Assembly: GCA_964610295.1 (NCBI GenBank)
Contig: CAZSVR010000012.1
Coordinates: 4,246 to 68,245, forward strand
Origin: an uncultured Anaerolineaceae bacterium
Lineage (GTDB): Bacteria > Chloroflexota > Anaerolineae > Anaerolineales > Villigracilaceae
Length of the DNA: 64,000 nucleotides
Direction: 5' to 3'
Each line of letters begins with the position of its first letter. The stretch's first letter is position 1. This document shows positions 28,614 to 38,474 of this stretch, in pieces. The notes under the pieces were generated by a model. The model searched no databases. It was not told where the DNA came from and saw only the letters and a list, made by a program, of their open reading frames with translations. The translations under genes were made by a program, and so were the position numbers.

Positions 28614-29831
28614 ACGAAAATCATTCTTCTGCATTATTCAATCCCGCCGGTTGTCGGTGGAGTGGAAAGCGTACTGGAACAACATGCCCGCTTGATGGCA
28701 GATGACGGACATCAGCTGCAGGTCATGGCGGGACGTGGCGCACAATTCGACACGCGTATTCCATTTTTAAATGTACCCCTGATTGATTCGCGTCACGCGG
28801 ATATTCTGGCTGTAAAACGGGAACTGGATGCCGCAAAGGTAACCCAAAGTTTCCATGCTCTGGCCACCCGGATCGAAACACAACTTCTTGAACTCACCTC
28901 CAATACGGATATTTTGATCGCTCATAATGTTTGTTCATTAAATAAAAACCTGCCACTCACCGCTGCGCTTTATAAGATCTCAAAACAATACAAAACACCG
29001 CGCTTGATCCTCTGGCATCACGATCTCGCCTGGACAACGCCGCGCTATCAAAACGAATTGCATGCAGGCTATCCATGGGACTTATTAAGATCCGCATGGC
29101 CGGATGTACAGCAAATCACCATCTCTGACATGCGGCAGGCTGAACTTTCCGAGTTGACGAAGATGGACAAGTCCCGCATCGCGGTCATTCCCCATGGCGT
29201 GGACGTGGAGAGGTTTTATAAACTGGAAAAGCAAACACAGGAATATGTAAAGAAACTTGACTTGTTACAAGCCAGTCCCCTTTTGTTGCTTCCCGTCCGC
29301 ATTACGCCGCGCAAGAACATCGAATTTGCCTTGCGGGTTCTCGCTTCATTACATGCGCGATTTCCTTCTGCACAAATCGTGGTGACCGGCCCCCTTGGCC
29401 CCCATAACCCTGCAAACGTTAAGTACTTTGACCGTTTGCGCGCCCTGCGGACGGAGCTCGGGCTATCCAACGCAGCGCATTTCCTGGCTGAACTGACCGA
29501 CGAATACATTCCGGACAGCCTGATCTCGGATTTTTATAAACTCGCAGACGCGCTGCTCTTCCCAAGTTTTGAAGAGGGATTTGGTATTCCAATTCTGGAA
29601 GCAGGCTTTGCAGGCCTGCCGGTCTTTTGCTCGGATATCCCGCCCTTGCGTAAACTTGGCGGTGAATTCGCCACCTATTTTTCGCCGCAGGAGAATCCCG
29701 AATCCATAGCAAAAATGATCGCGGATCATTTTTCAGCCAGCGCAGTATTTGGCTTGCGCTCCAGTGTTCGAGCGCATTACACTTGGGAACGTATCTATAC
29801 AACGATGATCGCGCCATTATTTCAGGCATGA
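28614..29831 (+). CDS. GT4 glycosyltransferase; best start position is an ACG after a perfect SD
   Basis: KIILLHYSIPPVVGGVE, WHHDLAW, RKNIE, PSFEEGFGIPILEAG; open frame extends up to 28503. Confidence 0.85.
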   Translation, partial: TKIILLHYSIPPVVGGVESVLEQHARLMADDGHQLQVMAGRGAQFDTRIPFLNVPLIDSRHADILAVKRELDAAKVTQSFHALATRIETQLLELTSNTDILIAHNVCSLNKNLPLTAALYKISKQYKTPRLILWHHDLAWTTPRYQNELHAGYPWDLLRSAWPDVQQITISDMRQAELSELTKMDKSRIAVIPHGVDVERFYKLEKQTQEYVKKLDLLQASPLLLLPVRITPRKNIEFALRVLASLHARFPSAQIVVTGPLGPHNPANVKYFDRLRALRTELGLSNAAHFLAELTDEYIPDSLISDFYKLADALLFPSFEEGFGIPILEAGFAGLPVFCSDIPPLRKLGGEFATYFSPQENPESIAKMIADHFSASAVFGLRSSVRAHYTWERIYTTMIAPLFQA

Positions 29832-29854
29832 TCTTGGTCCGGTAAGGAGACACA

Positions 29855-31666
29855 ATGTATCCCATTCCACGGAATGTTTTCATTCCAAAAGTCCTTGTGC
29901 CTGTTTTGCATGGCTGCGAGCAAAGGTCCGCGATCCACGCCGCGCACGCCGTTGCAGGCGATCAAAACGTTCTGCTTGCGGGATTTATTTATGTCCCTGA
30001 ACGCGAATCCTTAAGCACCGCGGCTGTCAGCGCCCGTGAACTGAGAAAAACACTCAAACAACTATATAAGGTGAAAAGAGGCGATAAATGGGCCCAGGTG
30101 CATGTCTCGCATAACCTGTGGGGGGAATTGACCAAGGTGGTATTACGCGAAAACATCGATCTTTTACTGCTTGAATGGCCCTGCCAATTTGAATCGCTGC
30201 AAATATCAATTGAGAAGGTCCTCTCGCAGGCACCCTGTAATATTGCGATCGTCAACCAGCATATCGGTTCAAGCATCAAGAACATGCTACTTGCCATTCG
30301 TGGCGGCCCCTATGTGGAGCTGGCCTTGCGCATCGCGTTATCGATCCACAACTCGAACGGCACAAAAATATCCTCGCTTCATCTTTCTCCGCAAAACATC
30401 AACCGGGAACAGGACCTGGCTTTCAGAGGTGTGGAGCGTGTGTTGAGGGGCCTGCCCGAGATCCAGCGCGAAGAGATCGTTACCGACGACCCGGTCAATG
30501 CGATCTTCGACGCTGCAAAGAAATACGACCTGTTGATTATGGGTGCCTCCGCGCGGCCCATGGCTGAATTCCCCTCGATCGGGCCGGTCGCTGAAAAGAT
30601 CATGCAGGAAAGCCAGCGCGGCGTGATCGTGGTAAAAACAAAACTGCCTTACGCGGTCAACCCGGCCAGCGAAGAGGCAGGTCAAACCGCCATCTCGGTG
30701 CTGGTGGACAAATGGTTCGCAGAAAACACATTTCATGCAGATGAGTTCAATGACCTGAAATATTTGCTTTCACTAAAAAAGAAGCAAAACCTTTCGATCA
30801 GCCTGGCGCTTCCGGCACTGAACGAGGAAGAGACGGTTGGCAAAGTCATAAAAACCATCAAGAACGCCCTGATGAAGCGCATCCCCCTGTTGGATGAGAT
30901 CATGTTGATCGATTCGAACTCGACCGATCGCACACGTCAGATCGTGGAAAAAATGGGCGTGCCGATTTATATCCACCAAAACATCCTGCCCAAATACGGC
31001 GCGCGCAACGGTAAAGGCGAAGCATTGTGGAAGAGCCTGTATTGTACGCGCGGCGAGATCATCATCTGGGTCGATACGGATATTGTCAACATTCACCCGC
31101 GCTTTATCTACGGATTGATCGGGCCGCTGCTACTCAGACCCGAAATTGATTTCGTCAAAGGGTTTTACCGCCGCCCGTTGAAAGTAGGGAACAAAATGCA
31201 GGCTGGCGGAGGCGGCCGCGTTACCGAGTTGACCGCACGTCCGCTACTCAATCTGTTTTACCCCGAACTCTCCGGCATGGTGCAGCCGCTCTCTGGCGAA
31301 TATGGCGGCAGGCGCAAGGCGCTGGAACAATTTTCCTTTTTTTCAGGCTATGGCGTTGAGATCGGCCTGTTGATCGATATGCTTGAAAGATCCGGATTGA
31401 AGTCCATCGCGCAGGTGGATCTGCAGGAACGCGTCCACCACAACCAGCCGCTTGAAGCCCTGGGTAAAATGTCTTTTGCGATCATTCAGGCTGTGATTCG
31501 AAAACTGGAAGTCAGATACGGACAGAATATTTTGGAAAACGTCAACCGGACCATGAAAATGATCCGTTATGAGCAGGAGAGATTCTTTCTCGATATCGAA
31601 GAGATCGCCGAGGGCGAACGCCCGCCCATGATCGAGATCCCGGAATATCGATCCAGAAAAGGATGA
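29855..31666 (+). CDS. gpgS: Tandem USP-like domains fused to glucosyl-3-phosphoglycerate synthase
   Basis: LPALNEEETV, GKGEALWKSL, DTD, GGRVTELTARP, QPLSGEY, GYGVEIGLLID. Confidence 0.85.
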   Translation: MYPIPRNVFIPKVLVPVLHGCEQRSAIHAAHAVAGDQNVLLAGFIYVPERESLSTAAVSARELRKTLKQLYKVKRGDKWAQVHVSHNLWGELTKVVLRENIDLLLLEWPCQFESLQISIEKVLSQAPCNIAIVNQHIGSSIKNMLLAIRGGPYVELALRIALSIHNSNGTKISSLHLSPQNINREQDLAFRGVERVLRGLPEIQREEIVTDDPVNAIFDAAKKYDLLIMGASARPMAEFPSIGPVAEKIMQESQRGVIVVKTKLPYAVNPASEEAGQTAISVLVDKWFAENTFHADEFNDLKYLLSLKKKQNLSISLALPALNEEETVGKVIKTIKNALMKRIPLLDEIMLIDSNSTDRTRQIVEKMGVPIYIHQNILPKYGARNGKGEALWKSLYCTRGEIIIWVDTDIVNIHPRFIYGLIGPLLLRPEIDFVKGFYRRPLKVGNKMQAGGGGRVTELTARPLLNLFYPELSGMVQPLSGEYGGRRKALEQFSFFSGYGVEIGLLIDMLERSGLKSIAQVDLQERVHHNQPLEALGKMSFAIIQAVIRKLEVRYGQNILENVNRTMKMIRYEQERFFLDIEEIAEGERPPMIEIPEYRSRKG

Positions 31667-31730
31667 TCTTCTTCCTGCTCTGCTAATTCAGCTTTTCTTC
31701 AGGTTACATTCTCAGGAATTTTGTTCAAGC

Positions 31731-33284
31731 ATGACAACTGAAACCATCATCTTTATTGAAGAAATCATCGTGATCATGCTCCTGATCGCGTCGGGGGTTG
31801 CCATCGCGGCGCGTCGATTCCGCGTCCCTTACACGGTAGGATTGGTAATCATCGGGCTGATCCTCACCTTGCTCAATCCGCAACAGGTGGAAATTACACC
31901 GCAGATCATTATGCTATTGCTGGTCCCGCCTTTGGTCTTTGAGGCCGCGTTTCACATCCGCTTTGATGACCTGCGTCGCGATTTTTGGCTGGTCCTTTTA
32001 TTGGCCGTACCGGGCGTGGTGCTGACGACATTATTGGTGGGCTGGCTGGTCTCATGGGGAACTGGGCTTGCCTTGCAAGCCGCGCTGGTGTTTGGTGCGC
32101 TGGTCGCCGCAACAGACCCGGTCGCGGTCGTGGCATTATTCCGCAGGCTGGGCGCACCGCGTCGTTTGCAGGTCCTGCTTGAATCGGAGAGTCTCTTGAA
32201 CGATGGAACCGCGATCGTGATGTTCGGCCTGATGATCACCACCGCGCTTCAAGGCAGGTTTGACCTGAGACAAAGCGCCTCGCAATTCATCACAGTATCG
32301 GGCGGTGGTGTGGTGGTGGGATTGATCTTCGGCCTGAGCATTTCGCAGTTCGTCAAGCGAATTGACGACGCACTTGTTGAAACCACGCTGACCACGGTCC
32401 TGGCATTCGGCTCCTATTTACTGGCAGAAACCTTACATGTGAGCGGTGTACTGGCCGTGGTGACGGCAGGCATCGTGAGCGGGAATACAAGCCATCGATA
32501 TATGTCTGCAACCACGCGCATTGTGGTGTTTAATTTTTGGGAATATGCGGCCTTCATCGCCAACTCATTCATCTTTCTGTTAATTGGCCTCGCCATAGAC
32601 TTGAGGCTGCTCGTGGAGAACTGGCAGGCCATCGGCTGGGCGATCCTTGCCGCGCAGGTGGCGCGCCTCGCCAGCATCTACGGCTTTTCATTATTCGGGC
32701 GTGAGATCTCCTTCAAGTGGAAGCATGTTTTGTTTTGGGGCGGCTTGCGCGGCGCAATTACGCTCGCACTGGCCCTGGGCCTGCCTCGGGAAGGGATCTT
32801 TGTAGCCGAGCGCGGTCGCTTGCAGGCCATGGCGTTCGGGCTCACCCTGTTCTCACTGCTCGTACAGGGCCTTTCCATGGATTGGTTGATCAAGCGATTA
32901 AAACTGATCGTGCGTTCGCCCGCGCAGGCTGAATATGAACTTCGTCACGCGCGCTTTGTAGCGGCACGCGCAGGCCATGATCATCTCCGCCGGCGCAGTC
33001 AGGAAGGCATCATTTCCGAGCATACCTGGCAGAAATTGTCATCCCTTTTTAAACAAAAGAGTGATGCTTTGATGGACGAGGTCAAACAGGTGATGACCTC
33101 CGAACCGGATGTGGAAGCGGAGGAACTCGATATCGCCTATCGCGAAGCTTTACGCGCCCAACGTGCCGCGTTGGCCGGCCTTCTGCGTGACGGGGTCATC
33201 TCGGAGGAGGCCTACTCACAACTGGTCGGTGAAGTGGACGAGGCGCTTATGAATGAGAATCCATCTGCACAGCTATTTGAATGA
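31731..33284 (+). CDS. CPA1/NhaP-type Na+(K+)/H+ antiporter
   Basis: ATDPVAV, ESLLNDG, WGGLRGAI; about 12 TM segments and a cytoplasmic tail. Confidence 0.9.
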   Translation: MTTETIIFIEEIIVIMLLIASGVAIAARRFRVPYTVGLVIIGLILTLLNPQQVEITPQIIMLLLVPPLVFEAAFHIRFDDLRRDFWLVLLLAVPGVVLTTLLVGWLVSWGTGLALQAALVFGALVAATDPVAVVALFRRLGAPRRLQVLLESESLLNDGTAIVMFGLMITTALQGRFDLRQSASQFITVSGGGVVVGLIFGLSISQFVKRIDDALVETTLTTVLAFGSYLLAETLHVSGVLAVVTAGIVSGNTSHRYMSATTRIVVFNFWEYAAFIANSFIFLLIGLAIDLRLLVENWQAIGWAILAAQVARLASIYGFSLFGREISFKWKHVLFWGGLRGAITLALALGLPREGIFVAERGRLQAMAFGLTLFSLLVQGLSMDWLIKRLKLIVRSPAQAEYELRHARFVAARAGHDHLRRRSQEGIISEHTWQKLSSLFKQKSDALMDEVKQVMTSEPDVEAEELDIAYREALRAQRAALAGLLRDGVISEEAYSQLVGEVDEALMNENPSAQLFE

Positions 33285-33403
33285 TCCTGTAAGGTTGAAT
33301 CATCCCCGCACATCTGATAATATTAAGTGAGAGAAGCCTCCTCGATACAGTCATCAGATGATCGATCCCGTATGAAGCGTTTATCTTTAAAAGGAGAATC
33401 CAA

Positions 33404-33739
33404 ATGGAAACCCCAGTCCATTTATTATTGGTGGCAGTTGTTCAAGATCAAGACCTTGAGACCGCAACCAAAGCCTTGCAGGGAATTGGCGCATCGCTTA
33501 CCTATCTTTCCAGCGCGGGCGGATTCCTTGGCCGCCGCAACGCCACGCTTCTGATCGGCTTGCCCGCTGAAAGAGAAAAGGAAGCGCTGGAGGCATTGCG
33601 AGAGGCCTGCCGCCAACGAATTGAATATATGACCCTTCCTCTGGAAGGCTCGCCGATGCCCATGCCCGCGCCTGTGCCTGTCACAGTGGGCGGTGCAACC
33701 GTGTTCGCTTTGCCTGTGGAACGCTTTGAACAAATTTAA
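33404..33739 (+). CDS. Cyclic-di-AMP receptor (PstA/DarA, PII-like), paralogue 1
   Basis: VVQDQD, SSAGGFLGRRNATLLIG, VGGATVF. Confidence 0.85.
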   Translation: METPVHLLLVAVVQDQDLETATKALQGIGASLTYLSSAGGFLGRRNATLLIGLPAEREKEALEALREACRQRIEYMTLPLEGSPMPMPAPVPVTVGGATVFALPVERFEQI

Positions 33740-33745
33740 TTTATG

Positions 33746-33800
33746 GCTCTTGCCGCCGTCCTCGGCGGCAAACTCCAGCGCCGAGGACGGCGCTGGGAGC
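33746..33800. repeat. CGCCGTCCTCGGCG...CGCCGAGGACGGCG palindromic element
   Basis: 14-bp inverted arms; relative inside the APH-like CDS at 54379-54441. Confidence 0.75.
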
Positions 33801-33816
33801 ACCTGGAGAATTCGCC

Positions 33817-34077
33817 ATGAAAATGATCATTGTCATTGTACAAGATAATGACGCCGATAGCCTCACACAGGCGCTCACTGCGGGCAGTTTCCGCGTGACG
33901 CGCGTGGCCTCCACCGGAGGCTTCATGCGAAGCGGCGTCGTCACCATGTTGTTGGGTGTGGAAGATACACAGGTGGACGCGGCCATTAAAGTGGTGCGCG
34001 ATTCTCTCCCGGCCACGGGCGATAAAAAACGCGCCACACTCTTTGTTGTGCCGATCCATCATTTTGAACAGGTTTAG
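33817..34077 (+). CDS. Cyclic-di-AMP receptor (PstA/DarA-like), shortened paralogue 2
   Basis: IVQDND, ASTGGFMRSG; lacks the long B-loop and the GGA motif. Confidence 0.8.
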   Translation: MKMIIVIVQDNDADSLTQALTAGSFRVTRVASTGGFMRSGVVTMLLGVEDTQVDAAIKVVRDSLPATGDKKRATLFVVPIHHFEQV

Positions 34078-34161
34078 CACATGCATAAAGTTCGCGCGTT
34101 CCCCCACCCTCCCCAAATGTACTTTCGTTTGTCGAGCAGTTGAACTGCTCGACAAACACTT

Positions 34162-34995
34162 TTACTCCAACACAAAATTATCGATCAGCCTTGTCTTTCC
34201 GAACAGCACCGCCATGGAAAGCAAGGTCTTTCCTTTAATAACATCCAACTCTTCAAGCGTGTCGTAATCTGCACAGGAAACGTATTGCATTTGCGCGCGC
34301 GGTTCAGAGGCAAGCACATCTTTGATGATCGTTCGTAACTTTTCGGCGTTGCGCTCGCCGTTCTCATACGCGTCCTTTGCGGCGCCCAAGGCACGAAACA
34401 AAACCGTCGCAGCTTTCCGGTCATCGCCTTCCAGATATTTATTTCGGCTGGACATTGCCAACCCATCGGCCTCGCGCACCGTCGGACAAACGATCACCTC
34501 GATAGGGAAATTCAGATCCCTCGTCATCTGGCGGATGACCGCAACTTGTTGCGCATCCTTTTGACCGAAATATGCCTTCTGTGGCTGAACTGCATTGAAT
34601 AACTTTGCCACGACTGTAGTCACGCCCTTGAAGTGACCCGGCCTAAGCGCGCCTTCGAGATCCTTCGGCAACTCCTCGACCTGCACCCAGGTCTGATACC
34701 CCTGCGGATACATGATCTCAGGCGTGGGAGTCCATACCAGGTCCACGCCTAAAGGACGGATCAAATCCAGGTCACGCTGAAGGTCACGCGGATATTTCGA
34801 GAGGTCTTCGTTTGGACCGAACTGCGCGGGGTTGACGAAGATGCTCACGACCACGCTTTTGCACTCGTCCTTTGCGCAGCGAATGAGGAAGAGATGCCCC
34901 TCGTGCAGGTAACCCATCGTTGGGACGAACCCAACCGAAGGGTCCAGAGAGAGGCGGGCGTTTCTTAATTCGTCTAGACTATTTACTTCCTTCAT
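34162..34995 (-). CDS. panC: Pantoate--beta-alanine ligase
   Basis: VPTMGYLHEGH, RPGHFKGV, FGQKDAQQ, AMSSRN, RLIDN. Confidence 0.97.
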   Translation of the reverse strand: MKEVNSLDELRNARLSLDPSVGFVPTMGYLHEGHLFLIRCAKDECKSVVVSIFVNPAQFGPNEDLSKYPRDLQRDLDLIRPLGVDLVWTPTPEIMYPQGYQTWVQVEELPKDLEGALRPGHFKGVTTVVAKLFNAVQPQKAYFGQKDAQQVAVIRQMTRDLNFPIEVIVCPTVREADGLAMSSRNKYLEGDDRKAATVLFRALGAAKDAYENGERNAEKLRTIIKDVLASEPRAQMQYVSCADYDTLEELDVIKGKTLLSMAVLFGKTRLIDNFVLE

Positions 34996-35030
34996 GACCT
35001 TTTTCCTACTCGTTCCCGTAGTTTGGGGAC

Positions 35031-35059
35031 TTGACAGGCTAGAAATTTTGTTCTACACT
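35031..35059 (+). promoter_or_regulatory. Promoter TTGACA-N17-TACACT
   Basis: Consensus -35 and 17-bp spacer upstream of 35090. Confidence 0.8.
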
Positions 35060-35089
35060 TTAGGCACCCATTAGAAAAAGGAGATAATT

Positions 35090-35305
35090 ATGGCCTACGG
35101 ATTTACCAACTCGAAAGGTAACACCTACTACCTGCATAACAAGAAGTCCATGACTTCCACCGGTAAGGAACGCACCCTGTTCTTCTTCTCGAAAGAGGTC
35201 AAGGATGGTGCGTTGGATGCCGTGCCTATGGGCTACGATGTCGTTGAAATGAAGACAGGCCTGCCTGTTCTCAAGAAGAAAGAAGCCGGCGTAGCCGCAG
35301 TATAA
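35090..35305 (+). CDS. Small hypothetical protein (71 aa)
   Basis: SD AGGAG; NSKGNTYYLH...FFFSK...P.GY.V.E..TGLPVLKK. Confidence 0.8.
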   Translation: MAYGFTNSKGNTYYLHNKKSMTSTGKERTLFFFSKEVKDGALDAVPMGYDVVEMKTGLPVLKKKEAGVAAV

Positions 35306-35452
35306 CCCTGACGAAGATGTCATGCCAGTACTGATCACTCTGGCATGTTGTCGAGTAAGACACAATCCAACCGTTCTTTTAGATAAAAAAAAGGAGACTA
35401 ATATGACACGTACACAAGCATCTAAAAGTTTAGCAAAGAAAGCGGGGAAGCC

Positions 35453-35836
35453 ATGCCTACTCTAAACCGCGTCCAATTGATCGGCCGTTTAGGCAAAGAA
35501 CCGGAATCCAAGTTCACCTCCACTGGCAAGAAGGTGGCCCACTTTAGCCTTGCTGTGAGCAATCGCTGGAAGGATAAAGGAGGCGAGAGCAAAGAATCCA
35601 CCGACTGGGTCAACATCGAGGCCTGGGGACGGCTTGGCGAGGTGTGCCAGGAATACCTCAAGAAAGGCAGTCTCGTCTATCTCGAAGGCCGCCTGAAGAC
35701 CGATAAGTATGAGGATAAAGGCGAGACGAAGTACTACACCAAGGTCATCGCACTCACCCTGCAGTTCCTCGATAAGAAACCCACAGAAGAACCCATAATC
35801 GCAGTGGAAGAAGATACAGGCGATTACGAGGCATAA
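35453..35836 (+). CDS. ssb: Single-stranded DNA-binding protein
   Basis: LNRVQLIGRLG, KGSLVYLEGRL; acidic tail. Confidence 0.95.
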   Translation: MPTLNRVQLIGRLGKEPESKFTSTGKKVAHFSLAVSNRWKDKGGESKESTDWVNIEAWGRLGEVCQEYLKKGSLVYLEGRLKTDKYEDKGETKYYTKVIALTLQFLDKKPTEEPIIAVEEDTGDYEA

Positions 35837-35955
35837 GTTAATAGAAAATAGCCCACAGGATAAAACATCTCTGTGGGCTATTTGTTAAGTTGAAACAAAT
35901 CTGTGCCTGAAATCAGGCGCAGATTTTATTTTGTGTGTCACCATGAGCAAAGCGA

Positions 35956-36030
35956 CACTTGCACCGCACTCCGCTGCGCTAGGCCCACTCGCTGCGCGAG
36001 GGACTTCGTGCGTTCGGTGCAGTTCAGGTG
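35956..36030 (+). repeat. CACTTG...CAGGTG element (75 bp)
   Basis: Shares ends and the GGGACTTCGTGCGTT core with 9122, 10101 and 17799. Confidence 0.85.
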
Positions 36031-36170
36031 AGGGTCTCAGGCACGCCATCCCCTGACAATATGTAAAATTGCACGCCCAAATATGATCAGGCCGATCAGG
36101 GGAATCAGAGTAACAATAACAAGGGAGAGCAATTCGCTGAGCTGATTCCTAGGGTTTGCTCACAATCCGT

Positions 36171-37691
36171 TCAACTAAAGATTCTTTGAGTTGGCGCCGA
36201 CCCACCAAGTGAGCCTCCAATAATTCCTCCCTCGGTTAATTTTCGTAAATCACCCAACGCGGCTTCGATCTCGGCCACGGTCACCGGCCGGTTTTCATCG
36301 CGATGTTTCAACACACCTGCACGCGCCTTTTCCAGTGCCAGCTCGCGAATGGAAGCGTCCAATGCCAGCGCTTCTTCTACCAGCGCGGCTCCCTGTGCAT
36401 ACCCGATGACAGGGTTTAGCGCGGTGACGATGATCGCATTCTTGGCCAGCCATCCCTCAGCTTTCTCGCGATTGGCCGTCACGCCTTTCACGGCCCGCTC
36501 GGTAAAGGCATTCACCGAGCCGATCACCACCTGCATCATCTCAAACAAATTGTGCGCCAGAATGGGCATCATCACGTTCAGTTCCAATTGTCCGGCCTGG
36601 GCCGCGAGAGCCACCGTCGTATCACAACCGATCACATGGAACATGGCCTGATCGAGCATCTCGGCCAGCACGGGGTTCACTTTGCCCGGCATGATGGATG
36701 AACCCGGCTGAACGGCAGGCAGGCGAATTTCGTCGAAACCAGTTGAAGGTCCAGAAGCAAGCAGGCGGAAATCGTTGGCGATGCGGATCAATGTCAAAGC
36801 GAGAGTCCGCAACGAGGCAGAAAAGTCTGCCGCGTCTGCCATCGATTGCATCGACTCAAATAAATTATCAGACTCGACCAGATGGAGTCCGGTCAATTCG
36901 GATAATTTCTTCACCATGCGCGCGTGATATTCTGGATGCGCGTTCAAACCGGACCCGACAGCTGTTCCGCCGATTCCGAGGCGAGTCAGCCCCTCAGCCG
37001 ATCTGCGGATTCGTTCCACGTCGCGTTCGACTGCCTTTGCATACGCGGAAAATTCCTGGCCTAATCGCACCGGCACCGCGTCCTGCAGGTGTGTGCGACC
37101 CGATTTAACGATCTTATCGAACTCGCGCGCCTTGACCTCCAACGCCATTTGCAAACCCTTCAGCGCGGCCAGCAATTCCTCCAGCCGCCACAACGCCCCG
37201 AGACGGATCGCGGTCGGGATCGTATCGTTGGTGGATTGGGCCATGTTGACGTGGTCGTTCGGGTTGACGTAATACCTGCCGAGTTCGCCGCCCAGGATCT
37301 GCGTGGCCCGGTTGGCGATCACTTCATTGGCATTCATGTTGTGACTCGTCCCCGCGCCTGCCTGAAAAGGATCCACAACGAACTGGTCGTCCCATTTGCC
37401 ATCCATCACTTCGTGCGCGGCTTGCGCGATGGAATCAGCCAGTTGCTTCGCAGTGAAATGTTTACCGTCTGCTGCGCGATCGCGGCCGTTGAATAGACCC
37501 AATTCAAAATTCACGAGCGCGGCGGCGCGTTTCACCGCCGCAATGGACCAGATAAAAGCGCGCCATGGACGCAATCCACTGATCGGAAAGTTTTCGACTG
37601 CACGCTGGGTCTGCGCACCGTACAAGGCCCGGGCTGGCACGTGCATCTCACCTAAAGAATCTTTTTCCACGCGAAAATCTTTAGAAGTCAT
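36171..37691 (-). CDS. aspA: Aspartate ammonia-lyase / class II fumarase family lyase
   Basis: GAGTSHNMNANE, QSTND, GRTHLQDA, GSSIMPGKVNP; the AspA vs FumC call is tentative. Confidence 0.75.
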   Translation of the reverse strand: MTSKDFRVEKDSLGEMHVPARALYGAQTQRAVENFPISGLRPWRAFIWSIAAVKRAAALVNFELGLFNGRDRAADGKHFTAKQLADSIAQAAHEVMDGKWDDQFVVDPFQAGAGTSHNMNANEVIANRATQILGGELGRYYVNPNDHVNMAQSTNDTIPTAIRLGALWRLEELLAALKGLQMALEVKAREFDKIVKSGRTHLQDAVPVRLGQEFSAYAKAVERDVERIRRSAEGLTRLGIGGTAVGSGLNAHPEYHARMVKKLSELTGLHLVESDNLFESMQSMADAADFSASLRTLALTLIRIANDFRLLASGPSTGFDEIRLPAVQPGSSIMPGKVNPVLAEMLDQAMFHVIGCDTTVALAAQAGQLELNVMMPILAHNLFEMMQVVIGSVNAFTERAVKGVTANREKAEGWLAKNAIIVTALNPVIGYAQGAALVEEALALDASIRELALEKARAGVLKHRDENRPVTVAEIEAALGDLRKLTEGGIIGGSLGGSAPTQRIFS

Positions 37692-37815
37692 TTCATCTCC
37701 AGATGGTTTGTATTTATGCTATTGTACACCGTTCGTCGCACAAACAATCTGGCTTTATCCTGGGCGCGTATCAATCGTACCGAATGCAAAAGGACTGATA
37801 TATAATCAAAATACG

Positions 37816-38430
37816 ATGTTCATTCGCCTGCGTCGTTTCGTGGCTTCACCCATTTTCGAGGACGAGGAAAAGACACGCGCTGCTCAATTCCTGAATACTT
37901 TCACGTGGATTGCCATTTGTAATCTGCTGGCGATGTTTATGATTCGCGTTGTTTTTTGGCGTGAAAATATAGGCTTTTCATTGAAAGTGATCGCCGGGCT
38001 GATCGGTATCCTGGGTGCGGTTCAATTCATCATTCGGCTTGGATATGTGCGAACCGCCAGCATTTTCCTGGTCACAAGCGCCTGGGCTGCGATGGTCTAT
38101 CAGGCATCGGTAGCGGATGGATTGCGCGATGTAACGGTGATCGCGTATCTGCTCGTTACCATGCTCGCCAGTCTCCTGCTGGGATGGCGTTTTGCAATCT
38201 TCATCGGCCTGCTGAGCATATCTTCAATTTGGTATTTCGGTATCCTGGAATATCGGGATCGGATTTTTGGTCTATTCAACAAATTGGACACGGATACAGA
38301 AGGCACCGGTATCGGGTTGACTCTTGTGAAGAGAATTGTTGAGGTACATCGCGGCAGGATCTGGGTCAAGAGCGCAGCGGGCAAAGGGTCGACATTCTTC
38401 TTCACACTTCAAAGGGAACCCGAAGCCTGA
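37816..38430 (+). pseudogene. Sensor histidine kinase with large in-frame internal deletion
   Basis: Multi-TM sensor joined at ILEY/RDRIF directly to the F and G2 boxes; no H, N or G1 box. Confidence 0.75.
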
Positions 38431-38474
38431 TTCGTGTTATAACTGGCATAAATTCATTTGAGGAGGATTTTTTT

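Noticed and set aside
36035-36150. Hydrophobic 31-codon frame after aspA
   Set aside because: No SD and only a TTG start; could be a membrane-protein remnant but support is too weak to annotate.
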